DNA of 25,849 nt, taken from NCBI GenBank assembly GCA_964371425.1, contig CAYJMK010000001.1, positions 2,454-28,302 on the forward strand. Direction: 5' to 3'. Below, piece by piece: positions 17,326 through 25,202 of the stretch. A program made the translations under genes and the position numbers. The notes beneath the pieces are model-generated. The model had not been told where the DNA came from and made no database searches. It saw nothing but the letters and a program-made list of their open reading frames with translations. This stretch comes from an uncultured Candidatus Saccharibacteria bacterium. Its GTDB lineage: Bacteria > Patescibacteriota > JABMPQ01 > JAGQLO01. The stretch's first letter is position 1. Each line of letters begins with the position of its first letter.

Positions 17326-17353
17326 TTGCGTGCTTCAAAAAGATTGCTATAGT
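17326..17353 (+). promoter_or_regulatory. Promoter of tuf-rpsJ (extended -10)
   Basis: TTGCGT-16 nt-TATAGT with a TGn extension. Confidence 0.65.
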
Positions 17354-17403
17354 AGCTAAGACGTTTGTGCAAACATTTTCTTCGTTTGTTTTGATCTATT
17401 CCT

Positions 17404-18591
17404 ATGGCCGAAAAGTTTGAACGCACCAAGCCACACGTGAACATCGGTACGATCGGTCACGTGGACCACGGCAAGACGACTCTTACAGCAGCTTTGTTGT
17501 CGGTTCTTGCTGGAGCTGGTCAGAAAGCGACAAAGAAGTCGGTTGATGAAATCGACAACGCCCCTGAAGAAAAGGAACGTGGGATTACGATCGCGACATC
17601 TCATTGTGAATACGAGTCTGACAAGCGTCACTACGCCCACGTTGACTGTCCAGGACACGCTGACTACATCAAGAACATGATCACGGGTGCTGCCCAGATG
17701 GACGGTGCCATCTTGGTGGTTGCGGCAACAGATGGCCCTATGCCACAGACACGTGAGCACATCTTGCTTGCACGTCAGGTTGGTGTGCCCAAGATCGTTG
17801 TCTTCCTGAATAAGGTAGACATGGTTGACGATGCGGAACTGATTGACCTCGTTGAAGAGGAAATCCGCGAATTGCTGACCAAGTACGAATTCGATGGTGC
17901 CAACACGCCGGTCATTCGTGGCTCTGCGTTGAAAGCTCTTGAGGACCCAACCGGTGAGGCAGGAAAGCCTGTCCTTGCGCTCGTTGAGGCTCTCGACACT
18001 TTTATTCCTGACCCAAAACGTGAGACAGACAAGCCATTCTTGATGCCGATCGAAGACATCTTCTCGATTGAAGGTCGTGGCACAGTGGTCACAGGTCGTA
18101 TCGAGCGTGGTGTTGTGAATATCAATGAAGAAGTCGAAATCATCGGCATTCACCCAACGGTGAAGACGGTTGTGACGGGTATCGAAATGTTCAACAAGAC
18201 CTTGGATCGTGGTGAAGCTGGTGACAACGCCGGTGTTCTCCTCCGCGGAACAAAGAAGGAGGACGTCATGCGTGGTCAGGTCTTGGCCAAACCAGGAACG
18301 ATTACGCCTCACACAGAATTCACAGCTGAGGTTTACATCTTGACGAAGGAAGAAGGTGGTCGCCACACAGCGTTCTCCAAAGGCTACAAACCTCAGTTCT
18401 ACGTTCGTACGACAGACGTGACAGGAGAAATCGAATTGGCAGCTGGGACAGAAATGGTCATGCCTGGTGACACAACCACGTTCACAGTGAAGTTGATGGT
18501 GCCCGTCGCCATGGAAGAAGGTATGCGCTTCGCCATCCGCGAAGGTGGACATACGGTTGGTGCCGGTGTCGTGACAAAGATCATTAAGTAA
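17404..18591 (+). CDS. tuf: Elongation factor Tu
   Basis: [23 protein letters not shown] and GSAL motifs all canonical; 395 aa. Confidence 0.99.
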   Translation: MAEKFERTKPHVNIGTIGHVDHGKTTLTAALLSVLAGAGQKATKKSVDEIDNAPEEKERGITIATSHCEYESDKRHYAHVDCPGHADYIKNMITGAAQMDGAILVVAATDGPMPQTREHILLARQVGVPKIVVFLNKVDMVDDAELIDLVEEEIRELLTKYEFDGANTPVIRGSALKALEDPTGEAGKPVLALVEALDTFIPDPKRETDKPFLMPIEDIFSIEGRGTVVTGRIERGVVNINEEVEIIGIHPTVKTVVTGIEMFNKTLDRGEAGDNAGVLLRGTKKEDVMRGQVLAKPGTITPHTEFTAEVYILTKEEGGRHTAFSKGYKPQFYVRTTDVTGEIELAAGTEMVMPGDTTTFTVKLMVPVAMEEGMRFAIREGGHTVGAGVVTKIIK

Positions 18592-18626
18592 ACGGATTCG
18601 TTCCGTTCTATCTCTTGTACCCTGGC

Positions 18627-19025
18627 ATGGCTCCTACAGCGAAAGGTAAGAAAGCTCCTGTTGCTCCAGCTCCAAAAGCTGGGAGTAAGAAACTTGTCGC
18701 TCGCAAGGGTGGTGCAGCTCCTGCTGCTCGCATCCGGATTCGTATTAAGGCTTACGACCACAAAGTGATCGATCAGTCGGCTGATCAGATTGTCCAGGCG
18801 GCTTTGCGCTCAGGCGCGAAAGTGGCTGGCCCTGTTCCGCTGCCAACAGAACGACATCGAGAAACCGTGATTCGTTCCCCGTTCGTCCATAAAGACTCAC
18901 GGGAACAGTATGAGATGCGCATCCACAAGCGTCTCATTGACATCCTTGAACCGACTCCAAAGACGATTGAGACGCTCTCGAGCTTGAATTTGCCCTCGGG
19001 CGTTGATATCGAGATCAAGATGTGA
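18627..19025 (+). CDS. rpsJ: 30S ribosomal protein uS10 with an N-terminal K/A/P-rich extension
   Basis: [30 protein letters not shown] and [10 protein letters not shown] motifs; ATG at 18627. Confidence 0.98.
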   Translation: MAPTAKGKKAPVAPAPKAGSKKLVARKGGAAPAARIRIRIKAYDHKVIDQSADQIVQAALRSGAKVAGPVPLPTERHRETVIRSPFVHKDSREQYEMRIHKRLIDILEPTPKTIETLSSLNLPSGVDIEIKM

Positions 19026-19029
19026 CGGA

Positions 19030-19081
19030 TCAACCCCTCGGTGCCGTACGCGCCCTCCCGCGTGCGGCACCGAGGGGTTGA
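19030..19081. repeat. 23-bp inverted repeat (22 Watson-Crick pairs + 1 G.U, 6-nt loop) after rpsJ
   Basis: tcaacccctcggtgccgtacgcg-ccctcc-cgcgtgcggcaccgaggggttga; no U-tract follows. Confidence 0.9.
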
Positions 19082-19106
19082 CGCATTGCGGTCTCTTCCT
19101 TATCCT
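19078..19106 (+). promoter_or_regulatory. Internal sigma70-type promoter of the rplC operon
   Basis: TTGACG-17 nt-TATCCT. Confidence 0.7.
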
Positions 19107-19112
19107 CCTCAT

Positions 19113-19251
19113 ACATCTGCGATCCGGCCCTGCGAGGCGAAAGCCTCCGTGCGGCCGATGCTGTTGTGTGCTTGAAACGGTTCCGGAACCCTTCCGGCCC
19201 TGTTGCAAGGACATCATCAGCTGTTCACGTAGATTCGACTTTTCCACCCGG
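19113..19251 (+). ncRNA. Candidate structured cis-regulatory 5' leader of rplC
   Basis: GAGGC-GAAA-GCCTC GNRA hairpin nested in a cggcc/ggccg helix; palindrome ggttccggaacc; alternative ccggaa/ttccgg hairpin; direct repeat tccggccctg x2. Confidence 0.5.
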
Positions 19252-19833
19252 ATGAAAGCCATTCTTGGACGAAAATTGCGCATGACCCGCCTCTACAATG
19301 AGGCTGGCGAAGCAGTCCCTGTGACCCTTATTGAAGCGGGTCCTTGTACGGTTTCCCGCGTCAAGACACAAGAAAAGGACGGTTACGTTGCGGCTCTGTT
19401 GACCTATGGTGAGCGCAAGAAGATGGGCCGAACAGCTCCGCGCGTGTTACGTGAAATTCGTTTTGAAGAAACAGCCGATGTAGAAGTGGGCCAAAACGTC
19501 ACTGTTTCGACCTTTGTGATTGGCGATAAAGTGAAAGTAACGGGAACGGTGAAAGGTCGTGGATACGCGGGTGTGGTGAAGCGCCATGGGTTCCATGGTT
19601 CTCCAAAGACACACGGACACAAGCACGACTTGCGCGCCCCTGGTTCGATTGGTTCTGGATGGCCACAGCATGTGTTGAAGGGGATTCGTATGTCTGGTCG
19701 TATGGGTGGCAATCTGAAGACGATTCATACACTGGATATTGTGGCCATTGACGAAAAAGCGAATCTGATCGGGATCCGGGGTTCTATTCCGGGTGCTCCT
19801 GGAACGCTCGTCATTATTCAGTCCGTCGCCTAG
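19252..19833 (+). CDS. rplC: 50S ribosomal protein uL3
   Basis: MKAILGRK start at 19252; VPVTLI, KGRGYAGVVKRH and PGSIG motifs. Confidence 0.98.
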   Translation: MKAILGRKLRMTRLYNEAGEAVPVTLIEAGPCTVSRVKTQEKDGYVAALLTYGERKKMGRTAPRVLREIRFEETADVEVGQNVTVSTFVIGDKVKVTGTVKGRGYAGVVKRHGFHGSPKTHGHKHDLRAPGSIGSGWPQHVLKGIRMSGRMGGNLKTIHTLDIVAIDEKANLIGIRGSIPGAPGTLVIIQSVA

Positions 19834-19838
19834 CTCTT

Positions 19839-20585
19839 ATGATTTCTGTTCCTGTCTACTCCCTGGAAGGTAAGCAAGTTGGCACACGTGACTTGCCAGA
19901 AGCACTCTTTGGCTTGAAGCCGAATGCGTCTCTCTTGCATCGTGCGGTGACCGTGGCAGCAAACAACAAACGCTACGCGATTGCACACACGAAGCGTCGT
20001 GGGGAAGTGACGGGTGGTGGACGTAAGCCGTGGGCTCAAAAAGGAACGGGACGTGCGCGTCAGGGATCCATTCGTTCTCCACAATGGAAGGGTGGTGGTG
20101 CCGTTTTCGGCCCACGTAGTGACCGGACTTTCGGTGGGAAAGTGAACCGCAAGGAACGTCGTTTGGCTCTTCTGATGGCGCTCTCTGACCGTGTCCACGA
20201 AGGAAAATTCTTCTTGGTTGAATCGTTTGAACTCTCTGCTCCAAAGACGGCATTGCTAGCGAAAGGCTTGGCAAAACTTCCCCTCTCTGGGAAAACGCTC
20301 TTGGTTTCCCGCGACCGTGATGAAATGCTACTCCGCGCAAGCCGGAACAACCCAGCTGTTTCGACGGCACACCTCTCTCTTTTGTCTCCAACCGTGGTTC
20401 TTTTCCATACATCGTGTGTGCTCAGCACGGATGCGCTCGACGCATTCATGACCGCGCGCGAAACGTCTAAGAAGACCACTGTTGGGACAAAGCCTGCTGT
20501 GAAGAAGACGCCTGTGAAAGTGGCTTCTCCGAAGAAGCCACGGACAGAACGTCGTCCGAAAAAGCAAATAGTATCTGGCGCTTAG
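19839..20585 (+). CDS. rplD: 50S ribosomal protein uL4 with a C-terminal K/P-rich extension
   Basis: TKRRGEVTGGGRKPWAQKGTGRARQGSIRSPQWKGGG motif. Confidence 0.98.
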   Translation: MISVPVYSLEGKQVGTRDLPEALFGLKPNASLLHRAVTVAANNKRYAIAHTKRRGEVTGGGRKPWAQKGTGRARQGSIRSPQWKGGGAVFGPRSDRTFGGKVNRKERRLALLMALSDRVHEGKFFLVESFELSAPKTALLAKGLAKLPLSGKTLLVSRDRDEMLLRASRNNPAVSTAHLSLLSPTVVLFHTSCVLSTDALDAFMTARETSKKTTVGTKPAVKKTPVKVASPKKPRTERRPKKQIVSGA

Positions 20586-20591
20586 ATTTTT

Positions 20592-20972
20592 ATGGCGATC
20601 CTCCCCTCCAAAAAAACGACGGCGAAGAAGGTTGAAGAGCCGAAGAAAAAGGCCGTGCATTCTTCGAAGCCAGTTGCCGCTGAGCAAGCGCTCGCACACA
20701 AAGTGTTGCGACGTGCCTTGATCACGGAAAAAGGAACATTGTTGTCTGCTCAGAACAAGGTCTTGTTCGAAGTCGCGCCACAGGCGAACCGCACGCAGAT
20801 TGCTCAGGCCGTGTTCGAAGCCTATGGCATTCATCCTTTGAAAGTTCGCACGATCAACTACCTCGGAAAGGTCCGTCGTACCAACTTCGGGATTGGACAG
20901 CGTTCCGATTGGAAGAAGGCGATTGTGACATTGCCGGAAGGTCAGTCGATTGCTGTTCACGATGCAGTCTAG
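20592..20972 (+). CDS. rplW: 50S ribosomal protein uL23 with an N-terminal extension
   Basis: LITEK and WKKAIVTL motifs; operon position. Confidence 0.97.
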   Translation: MAILPSKKTTAKKVEEPKKKAVHSSKPVAAEQALAHKVLRRALITEKGTLLSAQNKVLFEVAPQANRTQIAQAVFEAYGIHPLKVRTINYLGKVRRTNFGIGQRSDWKKAIVTLPEGQSIAVHDAV

Positions 20973-20981
20973 CGCCCTGGT

Positions 20982-21818
20982 ATGCCACTCAAGACCTACA
21001 AACCAACCACGCCGGGACGTCGTTACATGACGAACGTCGACACGTCGCATCTTTCGAAGGAAGGACGCAGCAAGCAGCTGACGAAGGGACGTAAGCGACA
21101 TGTTGGTCGCAGTAAGGGCCAAGTAACGGTTCGTCATAAGGGAGCTGGAGCAAAGCGTGTCTATCGTTTTGTCGATTTCAGAATGGAACCTCAGGTGGTT
21201 CCATTCAAAGTGATTCGTCTTGAATACGACCCAAATCGTACCTGTTGGATTGCTCTGGTACAGGCGGAAGGGTTGGAACAGTCCTACGTGATGGCATTGG
21301 ATGGTATGCAGCCAGGAGACACATTTGTTTCGACCCATGACCGTGTGGACCCAGCTCGGGGAAACCGTATTCCGATGCAGTTCATTCCTGAAGGTATGGA
21401 AATTTGCGCCCTTGAGTTTCAGCCAGGAAAGGGAGTGCAAGTGGTGAAATCTGCTGGTTCTGCTGCCGTGATTCTTTCGAAAGAGGATAAGAACGTTCAG
21501 GTTCGTCTTCCTTCCGGTGAAATTCGTCTGTTCCAGGGAACGTGCCGAGCCACGATTGGTCGTGTTTCTAACATCGACCATGGGAACCAGCGCATCGGAA
21601 CAGCTGGTCGTATGCGCAGGATGGGTGTGCGCCCAACCGTTCGTGGAAAGGTGATGAACCCTGTGGATCACCCGCACGGTGGTGGTGAAGCTCGTAACCC
21701 GATTGGTCTGACCCACCCGAAGACGCCGTGGGGTAAACATGCGCTTGGTGTTCCGACTCGGGACAAGAAGAAGCCAAGTAACCGTTGGATCGTTCGTCGG
21801 CGTCCGAAAAATCGCTAG
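20982..21818 (+). CDS. rplB: 50S ribosomal protein uL2
   Basis: EYDPNR, RLPSGE, MNPVDHPHGGGE and TPWGK motifs. Confidence 0.99.
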   Translation: MPLKTYKPTTPGRRYMTNVDTSHLSKEGRSKQLTKGRKRHVGRSKGQVTVRHKGAGAKRVYRFVDFRMEPQVVPFKVIRLEYDPNRTCWIALVQAEGLEQSYVMALDGMQPGDTFVSTHDRVDPARGNRIPMQFIPEGMEICALEFQPGKGVQVVKSAGSAAVILSKEDKNVQVRLPSGEIRLFQGTCRATIGRVSNIDHGNQRIGTAGRMRRMGVRPTVRGKVMNPVDHPHGGGEARNPIGLTHPKTPWGKHALGVPTRDKKKPSNRWIVRRRPKNR

Positions 21819-21827
21819 ACCACACTT

Positions 21828-22187
21828 ATGAGCCGCTCACTGAAGAAGGGACCTTACGTAGATCCCAAACTGATCAAGAAGATTTCTAAGCTCCGCCAGG
21901 GCGAAAAGACGGTGGTCAAAACCTGGGCGCGGCGGTCTTCCATTGCGCCTGAATTTGTTGGGTTCTGGTTTGGTGTTCACAACGGTCGTGAACACATCAA
22001 AGTGTTTGTGACGGAAGATATGGTAGGACACAAGCTTGGTGAATTTGCTCCAACTCGTTTGTTCCGCGTGCATGGTGGCAAGATGGCGAAGGAAGAAGAG
22101 CAAGCATCGCGTGCTCCAGCCCCTGGAGTAACGGCTGCAGCACCTGCACCAGCCGCTGCCGCTCCGGCTGCTAGGGGTAAGAAATAG
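21828..22187 (+). CDS. rpsS: 30S ribosomal protein uS19 with a C-terminal A/P-rich extension
   Basis: [11 protein letters not shown] and [13 protein letters not shown] motifs. Confidence 0.99.
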   Translation: MSRSLKKGPYVDPKLIKKISKLRQGEKTVVKTWARRSSIAPEFVGFWFGVHNGREHIKVFVTEDMVGHKLGEFAPTRLFRVHGGKMAKEEEQASRAPAPGVTAAAPAPAAAAPAARGKK

Positions 22188-22190
22188 CCT

Positions 22191-22646
22191 ATGAACGTTT
22201 CTGCCACCCTCCGAAGTGCGCATGTTTCTTCCCGTAAGGCCGGTTTGGCTGCGGGACTTGTGCGTGGGCTCTCTGCTCAGGATGCTGTCAAGCAGCTCAA
22301 GTTTTCCACATTGAAAGCATCTCGTTTACTTGCCACGCTTTTGAGTTCGGCGGTGGCGAATGCGGAAAATGTTCATGGGCTTGATCCAGCCACGTTGAAA
22401 GTGAAAGAAGTGTTAGTTGGCTCTGCTGGCATGATCAAGCGTTTCCAGCCTCGCGCGTTTGGTCGCGCCTTCCCAATTCGGCACCGCTTGTGCCACATGA
22501 CTGTGACGTTGACTGGTGATCCCGTTGCGAAGAAGAAGCCCGCTGTTCTCAAGGCAGCTAAGGCGACTCAACCAGCGTCTGCGAAGAAAGCTCTTGCTTC
22601 CTCCGCTGCGGCCAAACGTAAAGATGCCGTCTCGGCATCTGCCTAG
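22191..22646 (+). CDS. rplV: 50S ribosomal protein uL22 with a C-terminal A/K-rich extension
   Basis: SSRKAGLAAGLVRG, SAVANAE and PRAFGRA motifs. Confidence 0.97.
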   Translation: MNVSATLRSAHVSSRKAGLAAGLVRGLSAQDAVKQLKFSTLKASRLLATLLSSAVANAENVHGLDPATLKVKEVLVGSAGMIKRFQPRAFGRAFPIRHRLCHMTVTLTGDPVAKKKPAVLKAAKATQPASAKKALASSAAAKRKDAVSASA

Positions 22647-22668
22647 TTTTCGTCCTTCCTCTTATCCT

Positions 22669-23472
22669 ATGGGCCAGAAAGTTGATCCACGCGCGTTTCG
22701 TCTCGGCATCCTTCGCGGATGGCGGTCTGTCTGGTTTTCGCCTGGCCGAACGTCTTACCGAACGCAACTTATTTCCGACTTGAAAATTCGCCGCATGCTT
22801 GAGAAGCGCGTCCGTACAGCGGGCGTGGCTAAGATCGACATCGATCGTCAGGCTGGTGTCATGAGTATCGTCATTCATACTTCTCGTCCGGGTATCATTA
22901 TTGGTCGAGGTGGACAAGGGATTGATCTGCTTCGTGCAGACATCGCCAAACTGCTTCCACAGGGAACACGTCTGGAACTCGATGTGCATGAGATTCGTAA
23001 CCCAGAACGCTATGCGGCGTTGGTTGCGCAGCAGGTTGCTGAGCAGCTTGAGAAGCGTATTTCTTTCCGACGTGTTCTTAAGAAGACGATTGAACGTGTG
23101 ACTGCTGCGCAGGGCGTTCAAGGTGTGAAGATCATGGTCTCTGGTCGTTTGGATGGGGCAGACATGTCCCGTCGCGAATGGCTTGTCTCTGGCAAAATTC
23201 CTCTTCATACGCTGCGTGCGGATATCGATTACGCGCAAGCAAATGCGTACACCACATACAGTGTGATTGGGGTTCAGGTCTGGCTGTACCGCGGTGACGT
23301 CTTCAAAACGGATGAGATGCTTGAGAAGGAGCGCCGTGAGGCTGAACGATCACAAGATCGTCGTCCGCGCGGGGCCCGTCCTCGTAGTAGCTCACGGCCT
23401 GCGGGATCTCCGTCTGGCACGGTTGTGCCACCAGCGGTTCCTGTGACTCCGTCTGAGTCCGCTACTGCCTAG
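22669..23472 (+). CDS. rpsC: 30S ribosomal protein uS3 with a C-terminal extension
   Basis: [13 protein letters not shown] start at 22669; [17 protein letters not shown] and [11 protein letters not shown] motifs. Confidence 0.99.
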   Translation: MGQKVDPRAFRLGILRGWRSVWFSPGRTSYRTQLISDLKIRRMLEKRVRTAGVAKIDIDRQAGVMSIVIHTSRPGIIIGRGGQGIDLLRADIAKLLPQGTRLELDVHEIRNPERYAALVAQQVAEQLEKRISFRRVLKKTIERVTAAQGVQGVKIMVSGRLDGADMSRREWLVSGKIPLHTLRADIDYAQANAYTTYSVIGVQVWLYRGDVFKTDEMLEKERREAERSQDRRPRGARPRSSSRPAGSPSGTVVPPAVPVTPSESATA

Positions 23473-23504
23473 TCTTTTTTCTCCGTCCGACCCATCCCCC
23501 TCGT

Positions 23505-23933
23505 ATGCTGATGCCTAAGAAAGTCAAGCACCGCAAGTGGCACAAAGGCCGTTCGATGTCTTCGTTTGAGACACGTGGTCACCGCTTAGCGTTCGGGACG
23601 ATGGGCCTGAAGTCACAAGAAGCGAACTGGTTGACAGGTCGTCAGATCGAAGCTGCTCGTCGTGCCATGACCCGTGCCTTCAAGCGCGGTGGCAAGATCT
23701 GGATTCGGGTATTCCCGGATCGTCCGCGCACACAGAAAGGTGCTGAAGTGCCGATGGGTAAAGGAAAAGGCTCTGTGGACCACTTTGTGGCTCCTGTGAA
23801 GCCAGGTCGTATTCTCTTTGAAATCGATGGTGTTTCTCCAGAAGTTGCTCGCGAAGCGTTGACGCTTGCGGCTCACAAACTTCCGGTAAAGACCGTGATT
23901 GTTTCCCGCACTGGACGCGGTGTCTCTTCCTAG
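23505..23933 (+). CDS. rplP: 50S ribosomal protein uL16
   Basis: [27 protein letters not shown] and MGKGKG motifs. Confidence 0.99.
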   Translation: MLMPKKVKHRKWHKGRSMSSFETRGHRLAFGTMGLKSQEANWLTGRQIEAARRAMTRAFKRGGKIWIRVFPDRPRTQKGAEVPMGKGKGSVDHFVAPVKPGRILFEIDGVSPEVAREALTLAAHKLPVKTVIVSRTGRGVSS

Positions 23934-23937
23934 ACGT

Positions 23938-24186
23938 ATGGACCTCAAATCCCTTTCTGACCTCCGGAAGTTGTCTGCGGTTGAGCTGCGCAAGTTTGTT
24001 GCTCAACAGCGTGAGGCTCTCCGTGAGCTCTCGTTTCGTGTGGCGACGCTTGAGCATAAGAATGTGCATGAAGTCGCTGTCTTGCGAAAGTCTGTTGCTC
24101 AGGGGGAGACCCTGTTGCGGGAACAGATGATTGCGTCTGAGGCCGCTGATGACAAGCAGAAGAAGTCTGTTTCCTCCGCTTCCTAG
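23938..24186 (+). CDS. rpmC: 50S ribosomal protein uL29
   Basis: ATG at 23938; ELR...LSF...LRKSVAQGETLLRE pattern; position between rplP and rpsQ. Confidence 0.93.
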   Translation: MDLKSLSDLRKLSAVELRKFVAQQREALRELSFRVATLEHKNVHEVAVLRKSVAQGETLLREQMIASEAADDKQKKSVSSAS

Positions 24187-24191
24187 CCCCT

Positions 24192-24479
24192 ATGTCTGAC
24201 ATCACTCCTAAGAAGAAGATTGTTCGCACACTCCGTGGTGTTGTGATTAGCACAACCATGGATCAGACGGCTGTCGTGGCTGTGAACTCCATGAAGTCGC
24301 ACCCGAAATACCGCCAGTCCTTCCGCTCCACGACGAAGTACAAAGTTCACGATGCTCACAACGAAGCCAAAGTAGGTCAAGAAGTTTCTTTTATGGCGAC
24401 ACGACCGATGTCGCGAGGGAAGCGGTGGGTTCTCGCGCCGGTTTCTGGTGCCGAGAAGAAAAGTAAGAAGCACGTATGA
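24192..24479 (+). CDS. rpsQ: 30S ribosomal protein uS17
   Basis: [24 protein letters not shown] and [10 protein letters not shown] motifs. Confidence 0.98.
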   Translation: MSDITPKKKIVRTLRGVVISTTMDQTAVVAVNSMKSHPKYRQSFRSTTKYKVHDAHNEAKVGQEVSFMATRPMSRGKRWVLAPVSGAEKKSKKHV

Positions 24480-24847
24480 TCCAGCAAGGAACCAACTTCA
24501 AGGTTGCGGATAACACGGGTGCAACAAGCATTCGTGCGATCCATGTGATGGGAAGTAGCCAAAAGCGCTACGGCCAGATTGGCGATGTCTTTGTTGCTTC
24601 TGTGAAAGAGGCTGTTCCGGGTGGCATTGTGAAGCGCAAGGAAGTTGTGAAGGCCGTGGTGGTTCGCACGGCCAAGGAATTGCGTCGAAAAGACGGTTCC
24701 TACATTCGCTTTGATGAGAATGCAGCTGTTATTTTAAACGCGGACACAAAAGACCCGCGAGGAACACGTATCTTTGGTCCTATTGCGCGCGAATTGCGCG
24801 CGCTCGGATACCAGAAGATTATTTCCCTGGCGCCTGAGGTCCTTTAA
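24476..24847 (+). CDS. rplN: 50S ribosomal protein uL14
   Basis: [20 protein letters not shown] and [13 protein letters not shown] motifs; ATGA overlap with rpsQ. Confidence 0.99.
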   Translation: MIQQGTNFKVADNTGATSIRAIHVMGSSQKRYGQIGDVFVASVKEAVPGGIVKRKEVVKAVVVRTAKELRRKDGSYIRFDENAAVILNADTKDPRGTRIFGPIARELRALGYQKIISLAPEVL

Positions 24848-24855
24848 GCATATTT

Positions 24856-25185
24856 ATGGCTCGCATGCGCATCAAAACGGGAGATTCTGTCATTGTTATC
24901 TCTGGTAAGGACCGAGGTAAAAAAGGCAAGGTCACGCAGGTTTTTCCGAAGGAAGGCCGCTTGGTGGTTGACGGCGTGAACAAAATGGTTAAACATCTCA
25001 AGGCAGCTCGTCGTGGCCAGAGGGGCCAGCGGGTTGATTTCCATGGGCCGATCCATGCTTCGAACGTGATGTTGGCTGATCCGTCCACCGGAAAGCCGAG
25101 TCGCGTCCGTTTTGAACTTGAAGGGGAAGGGAAGGACCAGAAGAAGGTCCGGATCGCCTCGAAGAGTGGTTCTAAAGTCGCCTAG
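24856..25185 (+). CDS. rplX: 50S ribosomal protein uL24
   Basis: IKTGDSVIVISGKDRGKKG (KOW) and IHASNVML motifs. Confidence 0.99.
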   Translation: MARMRIKTGDSVIVISGKDRGKKGKVTQVFPKEGRLVVDGVNKMVKHLKAARRGQRGQRVDFHGPIHASNVMLADPSTGKPSRVRFELEGEGKDQKKVRIASKSGSKVA

Positions 25186-25202
25186 TATTCTTTCCTGATT
25201 CC

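Noticed and set aside
17356-18552. 398-aa minus-strand ORF
   Set aside because: Antisense shadow of tuf caused by codon bias; no recognisable protein features.
19186-19206. SRP-RNA-like CAGGGCCGGAAGG on the minus strand
   Set aside because: It lacks the downstream AGCAG half of the SRP helix-8 motif and the enclosing long stem.
19003-19251. 83-codon N-terminal extension of uL3 in the ORF track
   Set aside because: It overlaps rpsJ, a hairpin and a promoter; the Cys/Arg-rich sequence is not protein-like; the family-typical start MKAILGRK is at 19252.
20328-21740. 470-aa minus-strand ORF
   Set aside because: Antisense shadow of the in-frame rplD/rplW/rplB genes.
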